64,000 bases of DNA. Source: Octopus sinensis. Taxonomy: Eukaryota. This document shows, piece after piece, positions 10,539-22,121 of the stretch; within the stretch, counting starts at the first letter, position 1; every line of letters starts with the position of its first letter. The notes below the pieces were generated by a model that had not been told where the DNA came from, did no database searches, and worked only from the letters and a program-made list of their open reading frames with translations. The stretch covers positions 25,296,001 through 25,360,000 of the forward strand of contig NC_043014.1 in assembly GCF_006345805.1 (NCBI RefSeq), read 5' to 3'. The position numbers and the translations under genes were made by a program.

Positions 10539-11810
10539 TAAGGGGGCGAGCTGGCAGAGTGCTTAGTGCATTTCGTCCATCTTTATGTTCTGTGTTCAAA
10601 TTCTGCTGAGGTCGACTTTGCCTTTCATCCTTTCAGGGTTGATAAAATAAGAACCAGTTGAATGTTGGTTGTAATCGACTTTTGAAAACCAGTTGAAAGG
10701 GTTGATGTAATCAACTTTTACTCACTCCTGAAACTGCTGTCCTTGAGCCAAAGTCTGAAATTAATATTTATTTCTGTTAAGGCGGCGAGCTGGAAAAATT
10801 GTTACTGTACCGGAAAAAATGCTTAGTGGCATTTCATCCGTCTTTACGTTCTGACTTCAAATTACACCGAGGTCGACTATGATTTTCATCTTTTCGGGGT
10901 CAATAAAGTAAGTACCAGTTGAACACTAGGGTTGATGTTATTGACTCATGCTCTACTCTGAAATTGCTGGCTTTGTACTAAAAATTGAAACCATTATTTA
11001 AGGCAGAATCGTTACTGCACCGGGCAAAATACTGTTAAGCATTTTGTCTGTCTTTATGTTTTGAGTTCAAATTCCACTGAGGTCGACTTTGCCTTTCATC
11101 CTTTCGAGATCGATGAAATAAATACTAGTTAAGCCCTGAGGGTCTATGTAATCGACTTATCTCCTCCTGCTAAATTGTTGGCCTTGTGCCAACATTTGAA
11201 ACCACTATTTCTATTCTTTTACATTCTGTATTCAAATCACGGCCGACCTTACTTTCCTTTCCTTCTATGGTTATGAAACCAGAACGTAATCATTCATTTG
11301 CTTACACTCCTCTTTACACATCTATGGGCTTGTTTGAATGTCGCTTAGTAATGATAGATAAGTTGCATCCTTTTATGCTTTGTGTTCAGATCCTGTTAGG
11401 GTCGACTCTGTTGTTACCTCTCAGGATTGATAAATACCAGTCAATTACTGAGATTAAATCGAATGGATTATATCATTCCACACATATTTATGACAGACTT
11501 CTGCACAGTTTCCGTCAATCTAAGTCAGTTCACAAGTCATTTGTCTACCCCAAGCTATAGTAGAAGACATTTGCCCACAGTATCGCACAGTTGAATTGAA
11601 CTCAGGACTATATGGTTGCGAGGTGGATTTTATAAGAAGTATTTGCTCTGCCTTTTTACGTATTGAGGTTAAATCTCATTGAGGTTACCTTTGCCTTTCT
11701 TCCATCTGGGGTCAACAAAATAAAGTATCAATCAAGTACTGGGGCCAATTTAATCAATTAATTCCCTCCCCTCAAAATTTTAGGGCCCTGAGCCCAAATA
11801 AGAAAGTGCT
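10539..11810 (+). mobile_element. Cluster of five head-to-tail tRNA-derived SINE copies (~10539-10764, 10778-11000, 11000-11200, 11320-11460, 11640-11810)
   Basis: Repeated GG.GGCGAGCTGG head, GTTCAAAT B-box-like motif and GAGGTCGACTTTGCCTTTCATCC core. Copy 1 is flanked by the direct repeat TATTTATTTCTGT(TAAG) at 10526 and 10765. Confidence 0.85.
11495..11625 (-). mobile_element. Head fragment of the long SINE family, antisense within the SINE cluster
   Basis: Reverse complement reads CTTCTACTATAGC...GACGGAAACTG..CAGAAG, matching 45130-45215. Confidence 0.7.
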
Positions 11811-12839
11811 GTTAACAAATTGTTTTATCATCATACCCTATTCCTTTAACATTAGACGACATATGAAAACAGTTTAAATTCTGATTACAATTCTTTTTCT
11901 ATTTATTACATGTTAACTTGAAATTTTCTCCTGATCTAAGAACACACCTTCGTATTAACTTAAGAAATTTGTTATAGGAAGAATGAAAGGAGACAAAATG
12001 AGAGAGAACAAGAGGAAATGAAGAGAGTAAGAAAATCAGAAATGCCCAGGAAAGAAAGAGTGAAGAAAAGAAACACAGAATGGAAGGAAGAGAGAGAGAG
12101 AGAGATGAAGAAAAAAGACAGGTGAGAAAACGCAAGTCAGTATGTGAGGGATGTAGGTTGGAAGAAGAAGGAATAATAAAATATACTTATGACTGGAATG
12201 GGGTAGGGGAAATGATGTGGGTAGTGTTCATAATTTTGTGCACAGACTTGAATTTTTTCGATACTTCTGAAAGATAGTATCAAATTTGGAAGTGATTTGG
12301 TTAACATAAGATTATTTGCTGTGAATAGATATATGATAACTTTATTATCACACCAACTCTTCCAGAATGCATTTTTAATAAGGAACTTTCATGTCTATAA
12401 GATAATGGCCGTGCAGTTAAAGGTTTTGCTTCGCAATCATATGGTACTTTGGGTAAATAAGGGTCTTTACCATTGTCTTGGGTTAGTTTGGTCTTGAAGT
12501 ATGTTTGCAAATCTTTTCGTGTATCGTAGATTTAATATGTTGCTCAGTTTATCACTACCAGCTGTCCTTTAAGTACTTACAACAAAGTCCATTCTGTGTC
12601 AAGAATTCGGATCAAGTCTCACATCTGAGGGCATGATCTTTGCCCATCAATCAGAGAAGCTATATGAGAACGGCCATGGATGCTGCCGTTTTCCTCTAAG
12701 TCATAAACTTTTTGCTCACAATGCGACACACTTTAAAGATATAGAAGATTAAATTACTTTCCATATATTGAGGTCGAAAACAAAAACGAAACTGTAATAT
12801 TGCAATACAATTACTATAATTACATTATCATCATCACCA

Positions 12840-12880
<41 letters not shown>

Positions 12881-13434
12881 GAGTGAGAGAGCAGTGCATA
12901 CCATCAAAGTGACACTGGGGTAAAATATACGAAGCCCAATATACCCATCATGACTACCCGTCTGATAAAGGTACACCAGGCACATGCATCACAACCATAT
13001 GTGCGCAACATGGTGATCTCATATCAAGATAAACAGCGCATGGCCTTGCAGGTGGGGCCCAGTTAGAATTTTCTTCAGGTTGAGTAGCCCATCCCGCTCA
13101 AAAGGTCCCTGAATAAGGATTGTTTAAGGATGTTGAAAGAACCACCCATGTTTCCAGAGGTGAATTATTAAAACCCCAAAGAATCCCTCTCAACACATGG
13201 CTATGATGCTCCCCCACTACTTCTGCTCGTGATCAGAGATGCACATATCGTCAGCCACTAAGGGACATGCTCAACTGGTTAAGGTCAAACAACTGACAAG
13301 CAAATCTGTGGTATTGAGCAGAATATTTGCTGTAGCCCATCTTTTATACCAAGACAAAACAATGTACATGATAACACTTCCAATCAGTTAAGATCAGAAG
13401 CCATGAGAGCCACTGCCTGGTACTGCATCAGGGC

Positions 13435-13438
<4 letters not shown>
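12881..13438 (-). mobile_element. ~560-bp non-coding retroposon-like repeat embedded in (AAT)n
   Basis: (ATT)n on both sides (12842-12880 and 13437-13500). No meaningful ORF. Its 3' terminal ~130 bp recurs, with a short deletion, at 45981-46075 followed by (AAT)n. Confidence 0.8.
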
Positions 13439-13501
<63 letters not shown>

Positions 13502-13507
13502 ATAATA

Positions 13508-13538
<31 letters not shown>

Positions 13539-13578
13539 AATAATAATAATAATAATAATGATAATAATAATAATAATA
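13437..13578. repeat. (TTA)n directly followed by (TAA)n: palindromic AT-rich microsatellite
   Basis: About 64 bp of TTA repeats abut about 78 bp of AAT repeats. Centre at 13499/13500. Confidence 0.95.
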
Positions 13579-15170
13579 GTCAATACGAAGAGCATGTTTC
13601 AATTGTATGATATTTTATTGGTAGAACGATATTTCAACAGTAAGTCTGTCCGTCAAGTTCAAACTAAGAAGTGATAAAAATTCAAAATTATAGAAATTTA
13701 AATGTAAAGTATGAACGAGAGCAACCAGCATCCACACGTTGATGGAATGACATCATCAGTTTTTAAGTTACAATTTTATAACAGGCGAAAAGAAAAAGAC
13801 AGAAAAAAAAGCAGAAAAAAGAAGACAACAGAAAAAAAAGAGGAAAGAAAAAGGAGAGAAAGAAGAATAATCAAACAGTTTTGTATAAATTTGATGATAT
13901 TCTCCTGTCATCTTATTCATTCCTCCAGGGTGTGATGTTAATAACCTGCAAACATATTTCTCCTCATACATTCTGAGAAGTGAAAGTGAAGCAGATACAG
14001 AATATTTTTTGAGAATATGCACTTTCAAGTCTTCTTCAAAATTGCAACCACTTGAAACAAAATGTTCAGCAAGTTCTGTCAAACTGCTGTTATTGTGCCT
14101 GACATCAAATCTGTGCCCATTAAACCTTTTGTTTAATTGTTCTGTTGTACAACCAACATAAAGTAAGTTGTGTTTCATGCATTCTCCAGCATACACCAAA
14201 TGGGAATCTTTACATGTTCCACCTTCTGTATAAATCATAACATTTCTGTAATGATTTCTGATGGAATTCACTTCACTCATGTTGTTGCACAATGAACAGG
14301 GCTTACCTCTCTTGCAGCTGTTCTTTAAGGTACAGCGTGTAGATATTCCAATGTTAGTTTTCTTCGAGTCATATAGAGGTCAATAATTCTCTTATATTCT
14401 TATCCTGCCTAAAGGCTACACTAGACGACTGAGGAAATATCTGTTCGAAGCGAGGATATTTTTTCGCCACATGCTGGTAACTTTCATGCAACACTTTTGA
14501 AATGCCAGCGAAATGTCGGTGCCAGTTAATCACTAAAGGAATTCTGTCATCCATTTTATTGTGTTTCCTAAAATTATGTGTGAAGGTTTGACTATCTTTG
14601 CTGATCTTAACTATTTCATTTGCTATATCCTTTAATCGTGATTCACTGTAACCGCTTTTGACATAATGATATACAAAAGCATTTGTCTGTCTCCAGTAAT
14701 CCCCTATGTCAGTACAAATCCATTTTATCCTCAAAAATTGGGATTTCGGATTTGACCGAATAAGATGATATGGATGATTGGATTGGTGGTGGAGATAAAT
14801 GTGGGATGATGTAGGCTTGCAAAATAACTCTGTTACTATTCTGCCTCCAGAAAATTTGACTTTTGTGTCCAAAAATTCAATGCTAGTTTTTGAAAAATTA
14901 GATGTAAAGTTTAAAGCCATAGTTTTTAGCATAACAGCCGCAGAAATGCAAGAAGTCCATTAAACTATCCTCTGATCCTTCCCAGATAAAAGATATGTGA
15001 TCAATGAACCGTAACCAGAGTATTGGTTCATAACTATGAAGGGATTTGAATGTCTTCAGTAACTGTGTCTCGAATTTCGTCATGAAGACATTAGCGAAAT
15101 TAACTGCCATGGGGGTACCCATGGCGCAACACTTCGTCTGGTGGTAAAATCTTTGTCTAAACTTTGGACA
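13579..15170 (-). mobile_element. Penelope-like element, 5'-truncated: RT C-terminal half + GIY-YIG endonuclease
   Basis: RT motifs AMGTPMAVNFANVFM and WLRFIDHISFIW (14898-15122). Thumb FLDTKV...LFCKPT...YLHHQSNHP (14369-14932). GIY-YIG LVYAGEC...LLYVGCT...RFNGHR...EEKY...GMN (13768-14292). Confidence 0.92.
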
Positions 15171-18100
15171 GAAGGGACATGTCTCTCCAGGTGTCGAGTT
15201 GCAAGCCCACTGATTTTTCTACGTTAATTTTTGCACCTGTCACCACTTCATATTCTTGTAGTGTGTCACCAATCAGATCTATATGCCTGTGGCTGGTCAC
15301 TATGGCATGACATCGTCAGCGTAAGCAGACACACTTCTCTCACATCCTAGATCATGTAGGACACCCCTCAAAACTTCTGCAGTAAAGGCTCAAAAGTACA
15401 TACGGAGGGCACCCTTGACGGACCGAATGCAAGAATCTGAATGGTTCCTGAACAACCGAGGAGATGCCGCTGTACAAAGCAGTGATTCAACCGCGGAAAA
15501 CTGGACCGAAGCCGGCTGCCTTGAGGACAGCTGCCAAGTATTGATGGTTGACTCTATAAAAGGCTTTAGATTGATCTAAATTGATTAGAGCCTCATCCAT
15601 GCCAGCTTCGTTATCTACCCTCTCTATGATGTAGCGCATAAGGTGGAGGTTGCCGTGAATAGTTCTGGTAGGGATGGCGCATGTTTGCGCCTCGCCAACT
15701 AGCTTGTCCACAACAAGCAACAACCTCTTAGCTAATACCTTGGCGAAAATCTTTAACTCTACATTAAGCAGAGTGATGAGCCTGAAATTTTCGATAACAT
15801 CCCTCTTGTTTGAGTCCTTTCTCAGCAATGCCACCGCCCCTCAACAAACAAAAGTGGGAATTCTTCCATTTTGTTGCCTGTTGCAGTAGACGTCTGCTAA
15901 GAGATCCGCAAACAAGTCTGGCATTGAAATATAAAGCTCGTAGGGCAGACCATCCAAACCTGGCAATCTGCCTCTTGTGCAGCTTTTCATCACTTCCTTA
16001 TCTCCACGGCTGTTATTGGCCTTTTGTGGCACTCCGCCTCGTTTGCCGAGAGTCATGGCAGGCCGTTCAGGTACACACCAAAAATCTGACCTGTTATTCA
16101 TCCTACCATTCATCCCGAACAGTCGAGCAAAGTGCTGCTGAAAAGCCGCATACACTTGTTTTGGTTTGAACACCTCGTGTTCATTCTGGTCCAGCAAAGA
16201 CCAAATGGTGGCATTATTGCTACTTTTTGCCTCCGCCATGTGGGCCCATCGTGACACTTTCATTCCCTCCCCACTTAGTGAACATGGCTTAGCTCTGACA
16301 ACGCAACCTTCATGTTTGGCGTAAATTGGTCGAGGGCCAGCTTCACCGCCAGAACGTCGGTTGCGATGCCTGTCCTAAGCGCCTCATCTAACTTTCTAAC
16401 TAAATCTCCCTCTATTATATTTCATTCTATCGCTAATGCCTTGCTAAACCTGATTGATTGTTCTCTAATTACCCTTTTAAGAGCAAACCACCAGTTGTTG
16501 ATGGTTTCCCCTGTCAACGCCCGCTTAACTAATTTGCTAATCCGGTCTGTGTAAGCTTGACACACCGGTAACGATGTCTTCAGCTTCCAGTAACTGGGAC
16601 CCTTTCTATGAAGCCTGTCTAAATCAACTATACAGATCACAAATTTGTAGTCTGTGTAGCTGACCATGTGAAATTGTGGACACCCTGCACTATCCTTGTC
16701 TGCTAGCCGATAAAATACTCTATCTAAATACAATCTAGATGACACAGTGCGGTTTGTCCAAGTCCACATTGGTACATTCGGGTAATCTGTCAGACAACTG
16801 AAAACATATTAGCAGGTTTTTGAGGCTTTTGCATTCCACTATCTTATCAGATACTCCCACGCAATCGAAAAGTCCATCTAAGGCAGCGTTCCAAATCCCC
16901 TACTAACATTAATCCCTGAGACGTTCCCAAGAAAACCTTTAGATGCTTGAAGTAATCAGACAGCCCTGCCCCTGTTGGAGCATAGGCAGGCACCAGTCTG
17001 ATAACACCGACATCATTGCTCTTAATCACCATATTAAATTTAGAACGGAGAAGAGCTCTACTTATCACTGCTGTCTGGTATGGTGGTTCCCTTGGTCTTT
17101 TGTACTGGTGTTTCCATGAGGTTTTTATATATTCTTTTTGTGAAAGTCTTTTGGAGCGACCCAACAGCTTCCGGGGATATTGTTTTTATGGTGTTGTAAT
17201 TTTGTTGTCATTTAAAAAATTTGTATGTGTGGTGGTGGTGAGTTGTAATCTGGTGCCATCGGGTAGGTTAATTGAGTCAGGGATTGAATTTAAGGCTTCT
17301 TGTTCAATTTGAACAAGGAGCTCCGACCCCTGACCCATCCAATTTTGTTGGTGCAATTTATGCCCCTCCAGTATTGTGGCGGTGTCCTCTATATCAAAGA
17401 GGACAGCTGCCACCAGCCAACATATATTTATTTCAGGGGGCACCGCCCCAGTCTTAATTTTGTCACGCATCAACTAAGGTATGTCGACACGGGCAGTAAT
17501 TCCTCTGTTTTTAGGGGCACAGTGGAATGCTATCTTTCCCCCTGCTCAGTTGAAAAATGCACTTCCATCGTGCCGAAGCGTTTTCCTCTTGTCACATAGG
17601 TTTTGTTCGTCCAAATTGGTTTGAGGGCCATTTCTAACTGTTTTTGGGTAGCTTGTTCTACTCTTTTCTTCTTGATGTTTAAAACTTTCCTTCCTTAACC
17701 CCTTTGCATTTATATTTCATTTGTTGTTAAATTCAACATTTCTTTTGTCTGCTTTGCCGCTGAGGTGAAACCGTTGCCTCTGGATTTGTAGTTGTTCATG
17801 TTTGTGGTGGTGGTGTCAGTGTCATTTTTTCTTCTTTTCTCTCTTCCTCCATCAGGAACAATAGTGGTGATTTTTTTAGTTTTCTTTGTTGTTGTTGATT
17901 GTGGTGGCAGTGTTGGTGCTGCTGTGCATGCTAGTGCTGTGAAGAGAGGGAAATCAACAATGTAATGGCTGTTTCAACAGCCAGAATCACTCTCCTTCAT
18001 GTCAGACTCCATATTGTTTTTTGTGTGAAAATGAAAAACACAGTTTTGGTAAAAAAAAAAGGACCAATCATCCAAAATACGACCCTAAAAGGGGGAACTT

Positions 18101-18200
18101 TTAACAAAACAAATCCTTCTACACATCAAAAGGGGTTCAGAAAATAACAGTTAAATAAAACAGTCAAAAACCTTCAATAACACTACAAAAATTCCAACTT
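15171..18200 (-). mobile_element. Element G: L1/Tx1-clade LINE (ORF1 + partial EN + RT), 3'-truncated
   Basis: ORF1 (KRFGTMEVHF...LPVSTYLS, 17186-17599). EN remnants AYAPT...LMLVGD and YTDYKFV. RT motifs PGLDGLPYELY, NFRLITLLNVELKIFAKVLAKRL, LINLDQSKAF and AYADDV (~15310-15325). Confidence 0.9.
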
Positions 18201-18888
18201 ATGGATCTCCTTTGTTAGCATTTGGTTTGGGCTTAAATGTTCAAAGTGGACTAAACCTTTCACATATCATCAAACAGATAACAACATCTTACGTGGGTGA
18301 AGACCTTCTTTAGCCTGGGGTTCCAGTGTTTCTCCTTTCCCTATCCATTGTTGAAGGTGCTTGACATTTTTATAGAGAACCCATTTCTCGTCACCAGTCA
18401 CAATTCGGTCCAAAAAAGGTTTATTTGTGAGACGTGACAGCAAAGAAGGGCACACATTCACTCTCTGTGCGCGATTAGACTCAGAAAGTTTGTGAGGAAC
18501 CCATTGATCGAATTTTCTGACTTTTCTGATGGCACGAAGGTGTCGATGAATGGTTGAATGACCAATTCCAAGCGTCTGTGCTAGATCCTCAACAGTTACG
18601 ATGGGAATGTCCTCGTCGAGTTCTACAGATTTTTCAGGACGAGGCTTGTCTTCTAGGCTGTAGTTTCTGGTTCAGAATTTCTGCAACCACTGTTGACACT
18701 GGCTTACGCTTATTGTCTGATCCCCATACACTGCATTAATATTCCTTGCACTTTCCATTGTGTTGTTGTCTTTATTGAACTCATAAAGCAAAATATGCCG
18801 AATATGCTCCTTTGTCACTTTCATTATAGCTTTGAAAAAATAACTGTTGAAATCGAACTGGGCTCTTCAAAATTTGCACTAAGAATAA
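18201..18888 (-). mobile_element. Mariner copy 2 (same family as 5447-6045), transposase N-terminal half
   Basis: ATG at 18824 (MKVTKEHIRHILLYE), then IVTGDEKWVLYKN and PQAKEGLHPRKMLLSV. Begins at the target motif 18874-18888. Roughly 85-90% identical to copy 1 by eye. Confidence 0.92.
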
Positions 18889-20549
18889 GAAATTTTTTAA
18901 TCACCCACAAGGGGCAAACATAGAGGGGACAACACAAAACCATGTGGCGATACAGAACACGTAAAAAATAAAATTTAAATAAAATTTAAAATATGGTAAC
19001 ATGAAAATAAGCTGCCTGCCCCACCTCAAGTAGCAACACTTACTTCCTTCTGAATCCCGAGTCCTTCAAAATGTCCAATCCTAATTTTTCTCTCAGTTCC
19101 TCATATCCTACTTCTGCTGGTATCCTTTTTAGGTTTGCATCAGTCTTCCAAAACTTATAACCTTTTTTATATTTTGCAATCACTTCCTTCTGGCTCTGAG
19201 ACACCAGCACACACATGTGCCAACCCACAACATTAGTATATCCTTCCACATCCACAAATTTTACTGTCTTCCACCTTGTTACCTCGTTTATTAGTTCCTT
19301 GTCTACATCCTCTGTTAACACACATACATAGCTATTTTCATGGTGGGGTGGGATTTTGTGTATCTTGTGATGTCTGTTCCTCTCTTTTTTTTTTTACATT
19401 TTGAATGAAGGGAATCACTTATTCCCTTCATTCTGTGATTTCTGTGGGGAGAGGTTATGAGTGGGGTGGGGATGGCTTGATTTCCACATTACATTGTCCT
19501 TTCTTCCTCTTTTTCCTTCTTCATAAAGCATAATATGCCGAATATGCTCCTTTGTCACTTTCATTATAGCTTTGAAAAAATAACTGTTGAAATTGAACTG
19601 TCCATAATTCTTCCTCTTTCCTTTCTTCCATCTGTACCTCCTCTCACTTCTTCTCCAACCCTTTATCCATTTTTTCCAGACTATGCTTCTGCAGAGGGCA
19701 GTGTGCTCTAATGTAGCACTTTTGGCCACATTTAAAACAGCGAGGGATTCTGCCCTCCACTCACACTTTGAAGATTATATCTCCTATGGTCACTGTCTCC
19801 GCCAAATCTTCCAAGGATTCTACTTTAGCCTGAACAATAAGTTCTAATGTTTTTCCTTTCCACATCACCTCCTCCTCACTTCCAAGGAGGACAGCCGCTG
19901 CAACCCAAGCCACATCTATGTCTAGCGAGATTCTCTCTACCCTCATCTTGGATGTCCTCCTTCCAAGATACATGGATAGAAGGACCACTTTATTTGACTT
20001 CACTGTATTTACAGCCAGCCTCCTTGCTACTTCCTTCATCTTGTACTGGACCACCACCATCCCATCTTTGCTTCCTCTTGCCAAAAACACAATATCCTTA
20101 GATACCACACACAACGCTTTCTCAATTGTTTTGGCTTCTACTTGATCTACCCTTTTCTGTTCTACTGAATAAACTTTATATACAATGGTTCTTTTCATCA
20201 TGTCCTCCATAACTCTCTGTAGAGGCAACAATTTGACATCCCCACCTACTTTATGTGCCATTTTTTTTTATGTTCTTCCATTTTAGACAAGTCTATTTCA
20301 TTCCTTTTTAACTCCGTTACCTCAGCAAAGCTTTTTTTCCCCAAGACATCTGTCCATTCTGTTTACTGCCTTTATTAATTCCTCTTCTGAAGTGGACAAT
20401 TCCAACTCGCTAAGGTCCGAATAGAACATTTTTTTCATTAGCCATCGCTCCCTCTTGAAACAGAAGGAAAGCACAACAGGTTAACCGCTGCAAAGCAGCA
20501 CAAAAATCAGCACTTCGATACAACTCAATACATGTTCAAAAAATACGAC
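18889..20549 (-). mobile_element. Element C: ORF1-only Tx1-clade retroelement (~1.66 kb), same family as B
   Basis: ORF1 19761-20261 (FLARGSKDGMVVVQY), knuckle CFKCGQKCYIRAHC, C-terminal module 19040-19345 and 3' tail CCCCTTGTGGG. Contains an 80-bp mariner insert at 19521-19600. Confidence 0.85.
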
Positions 20550-20583
20550 TTGTACTAAGAATAAGGACTTGCACTAAGAATAA
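20550..20583 (-). repeat. Two tandem copies of the target motif (20550-20564 and 20569-20583)
   Basis: GACTTGTACTAAGAATAAG-GACTTGCACTAAGAATAAG: 19-bp period, 1 mismatch. Confidence 0.95.
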
Positions 20584-22106
20584 GATGATTTTTTATTGCC
20601 CACAAGGGGCCAACACAGATGGGACAACAAAAACACATGTGGGGACATATAACACACAAAAAAATAAAAAATAAAAAAACAATTCAATTATGATAATATT
20701 AATGATTCATGAAAATGAGTAAATGAAAATGGGCTGCTAGCCCCACGTCTAGCAACTTCACTTCTTTTTAAGTCCTGATACTTTTAGAACATCCAGATTA
20801 AAATTTTCTTGTAGCTCCTTGTACCCTATTCTTGCCAGTATCCTTTTTATATCAATGCCCATCTTCCAACACTTATATCCCCTTTTATATTTAACAATTA
20901 CATCCCTTTGAACTTGTGACACCAACAGACACATGTCCTAACCCACTACACTTGCTTGTCCTTCCATATCAACAAATTTTGCCGTTCTCCAACCAGTCAC
21001 CTCATTGATCAGTTCCTCCAGTGCATCTTTCGTTAAAACGCATACATACCCTGTTTCACTGGGGAGGGGATTTTTTTGTATTTTGTGTCTGTTTCTCTTC
21101 TTTTTCCTTTTTATTTTGTAAAGGAGGGTAATGGGTGGGTTTGGTGTCTGTAGGGAGAGGATGGGGATGGATTGGGGTTCCATTTTGTACTGACCTTTTT
21201 TTTCCTTATCTCTGCCAATGTTCATACTTCCTCTCTCTCTTTTTCCTCTATTCACCCCTCTTGTTTCTTTTTAGACTTTTCCTCTATCTTATCCGTATTG
21301 TTGAAGGAAGTGTGCTTTAATGTGGCCTTTTTGGCCACATTTATAACACCAAGGTATCCTGCCCTCCACCCATACACTCAAAGTCACCTCTCCTACTGTC
21401 ACTGTTTCGGCTAAACTTTCCAAAGTTTCAGTGTCTGCCTGAACCACGAGTTCTACTTTCTTCCCTTTCCATTTTGCTTTCTCAGTTTCTGAAGCTTGTA
21501 GAACAACCACCTCCATGTTTCCATATAGGACAAGGTGCGTGGGCTATAGTACCACTTTATTTGTCTTTATTGTGATTCCTGCCTGTCTCCTTGCTATTTC
21601 TTCTGACCTGTATTAGACAACTACTGTCCCAAATCAGTTACTTCTCTACATGAACACAATATTTTTGTGTACTGCATTCAACGCCTTTTCTATTATTTCC
21701 ACTTCCACTTGAACTATCTTTTCCTCTTCCACTGCATACACTTTGTAGATGATGGTTTTCCTTGCCATGTCCTCCATAATCCTCTCTGGTGGTGATAACT
21801 TCACATCACTGCCCACTCTGCTTGCCATCGTTTGGTGTACCTTGACATTTACAATGGTTATTTCTTTTCTGTTTATCTGTCATCTCTGCAAAACTTCTTT
21901 TTTAACAAACACTTGTCCAACTTGTTCGCAGCTTCAATTAATTCCTCCTCCAAAGAGGGTATTCCTTTTAGCCATGGCTATCTCTTGATAAAATTGAGAG
22001 AAAGCACAACTTGACACCGCTGCCAATGGAGCACAAAACAATTCAAATAACAATAATTCGATTAATGGTAATCACTAATTTAAACTTCAACTCACCAAAC
22101 GACAAC
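20584..22106 (-). mobile_element. Element D: ORF1-only Tx1-clade retroelement (~1.52 kb), B/C family
   Basis: ORF1 21646-21828 and 21289-21516 (VEGRIPWCYKCGQKGHIKAH), C-terminal module 20758-21060, tail TTGGCCCCTTGTGGGCAATAAAAAA. Confidence 0.85.
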
Positions 22107-22121
22107 TTGTACTAAGAATAA
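22107..22121 (-). repeat. Target-site motif copy between D and E
   Basis: TTATTCTTAGTACAA on the minus strand. Confidence 0.9.

Noticed and set aside
10526-11200. Regularly spaced similar units that could be mistaken for a CRISPR array
   Set aside because: The units are ~230-bp diverged SINE copies in a eukaryotic context. There are no short identical repeats with unique spacers and no cas genes.
18190-18215. Element G 5' end abuts mariner copy 2, suggesting a second target site
   Set aside because: No target motif or TSD, and the 3' end of G is missing. A deletion or unrelated nesting explains it equally well.
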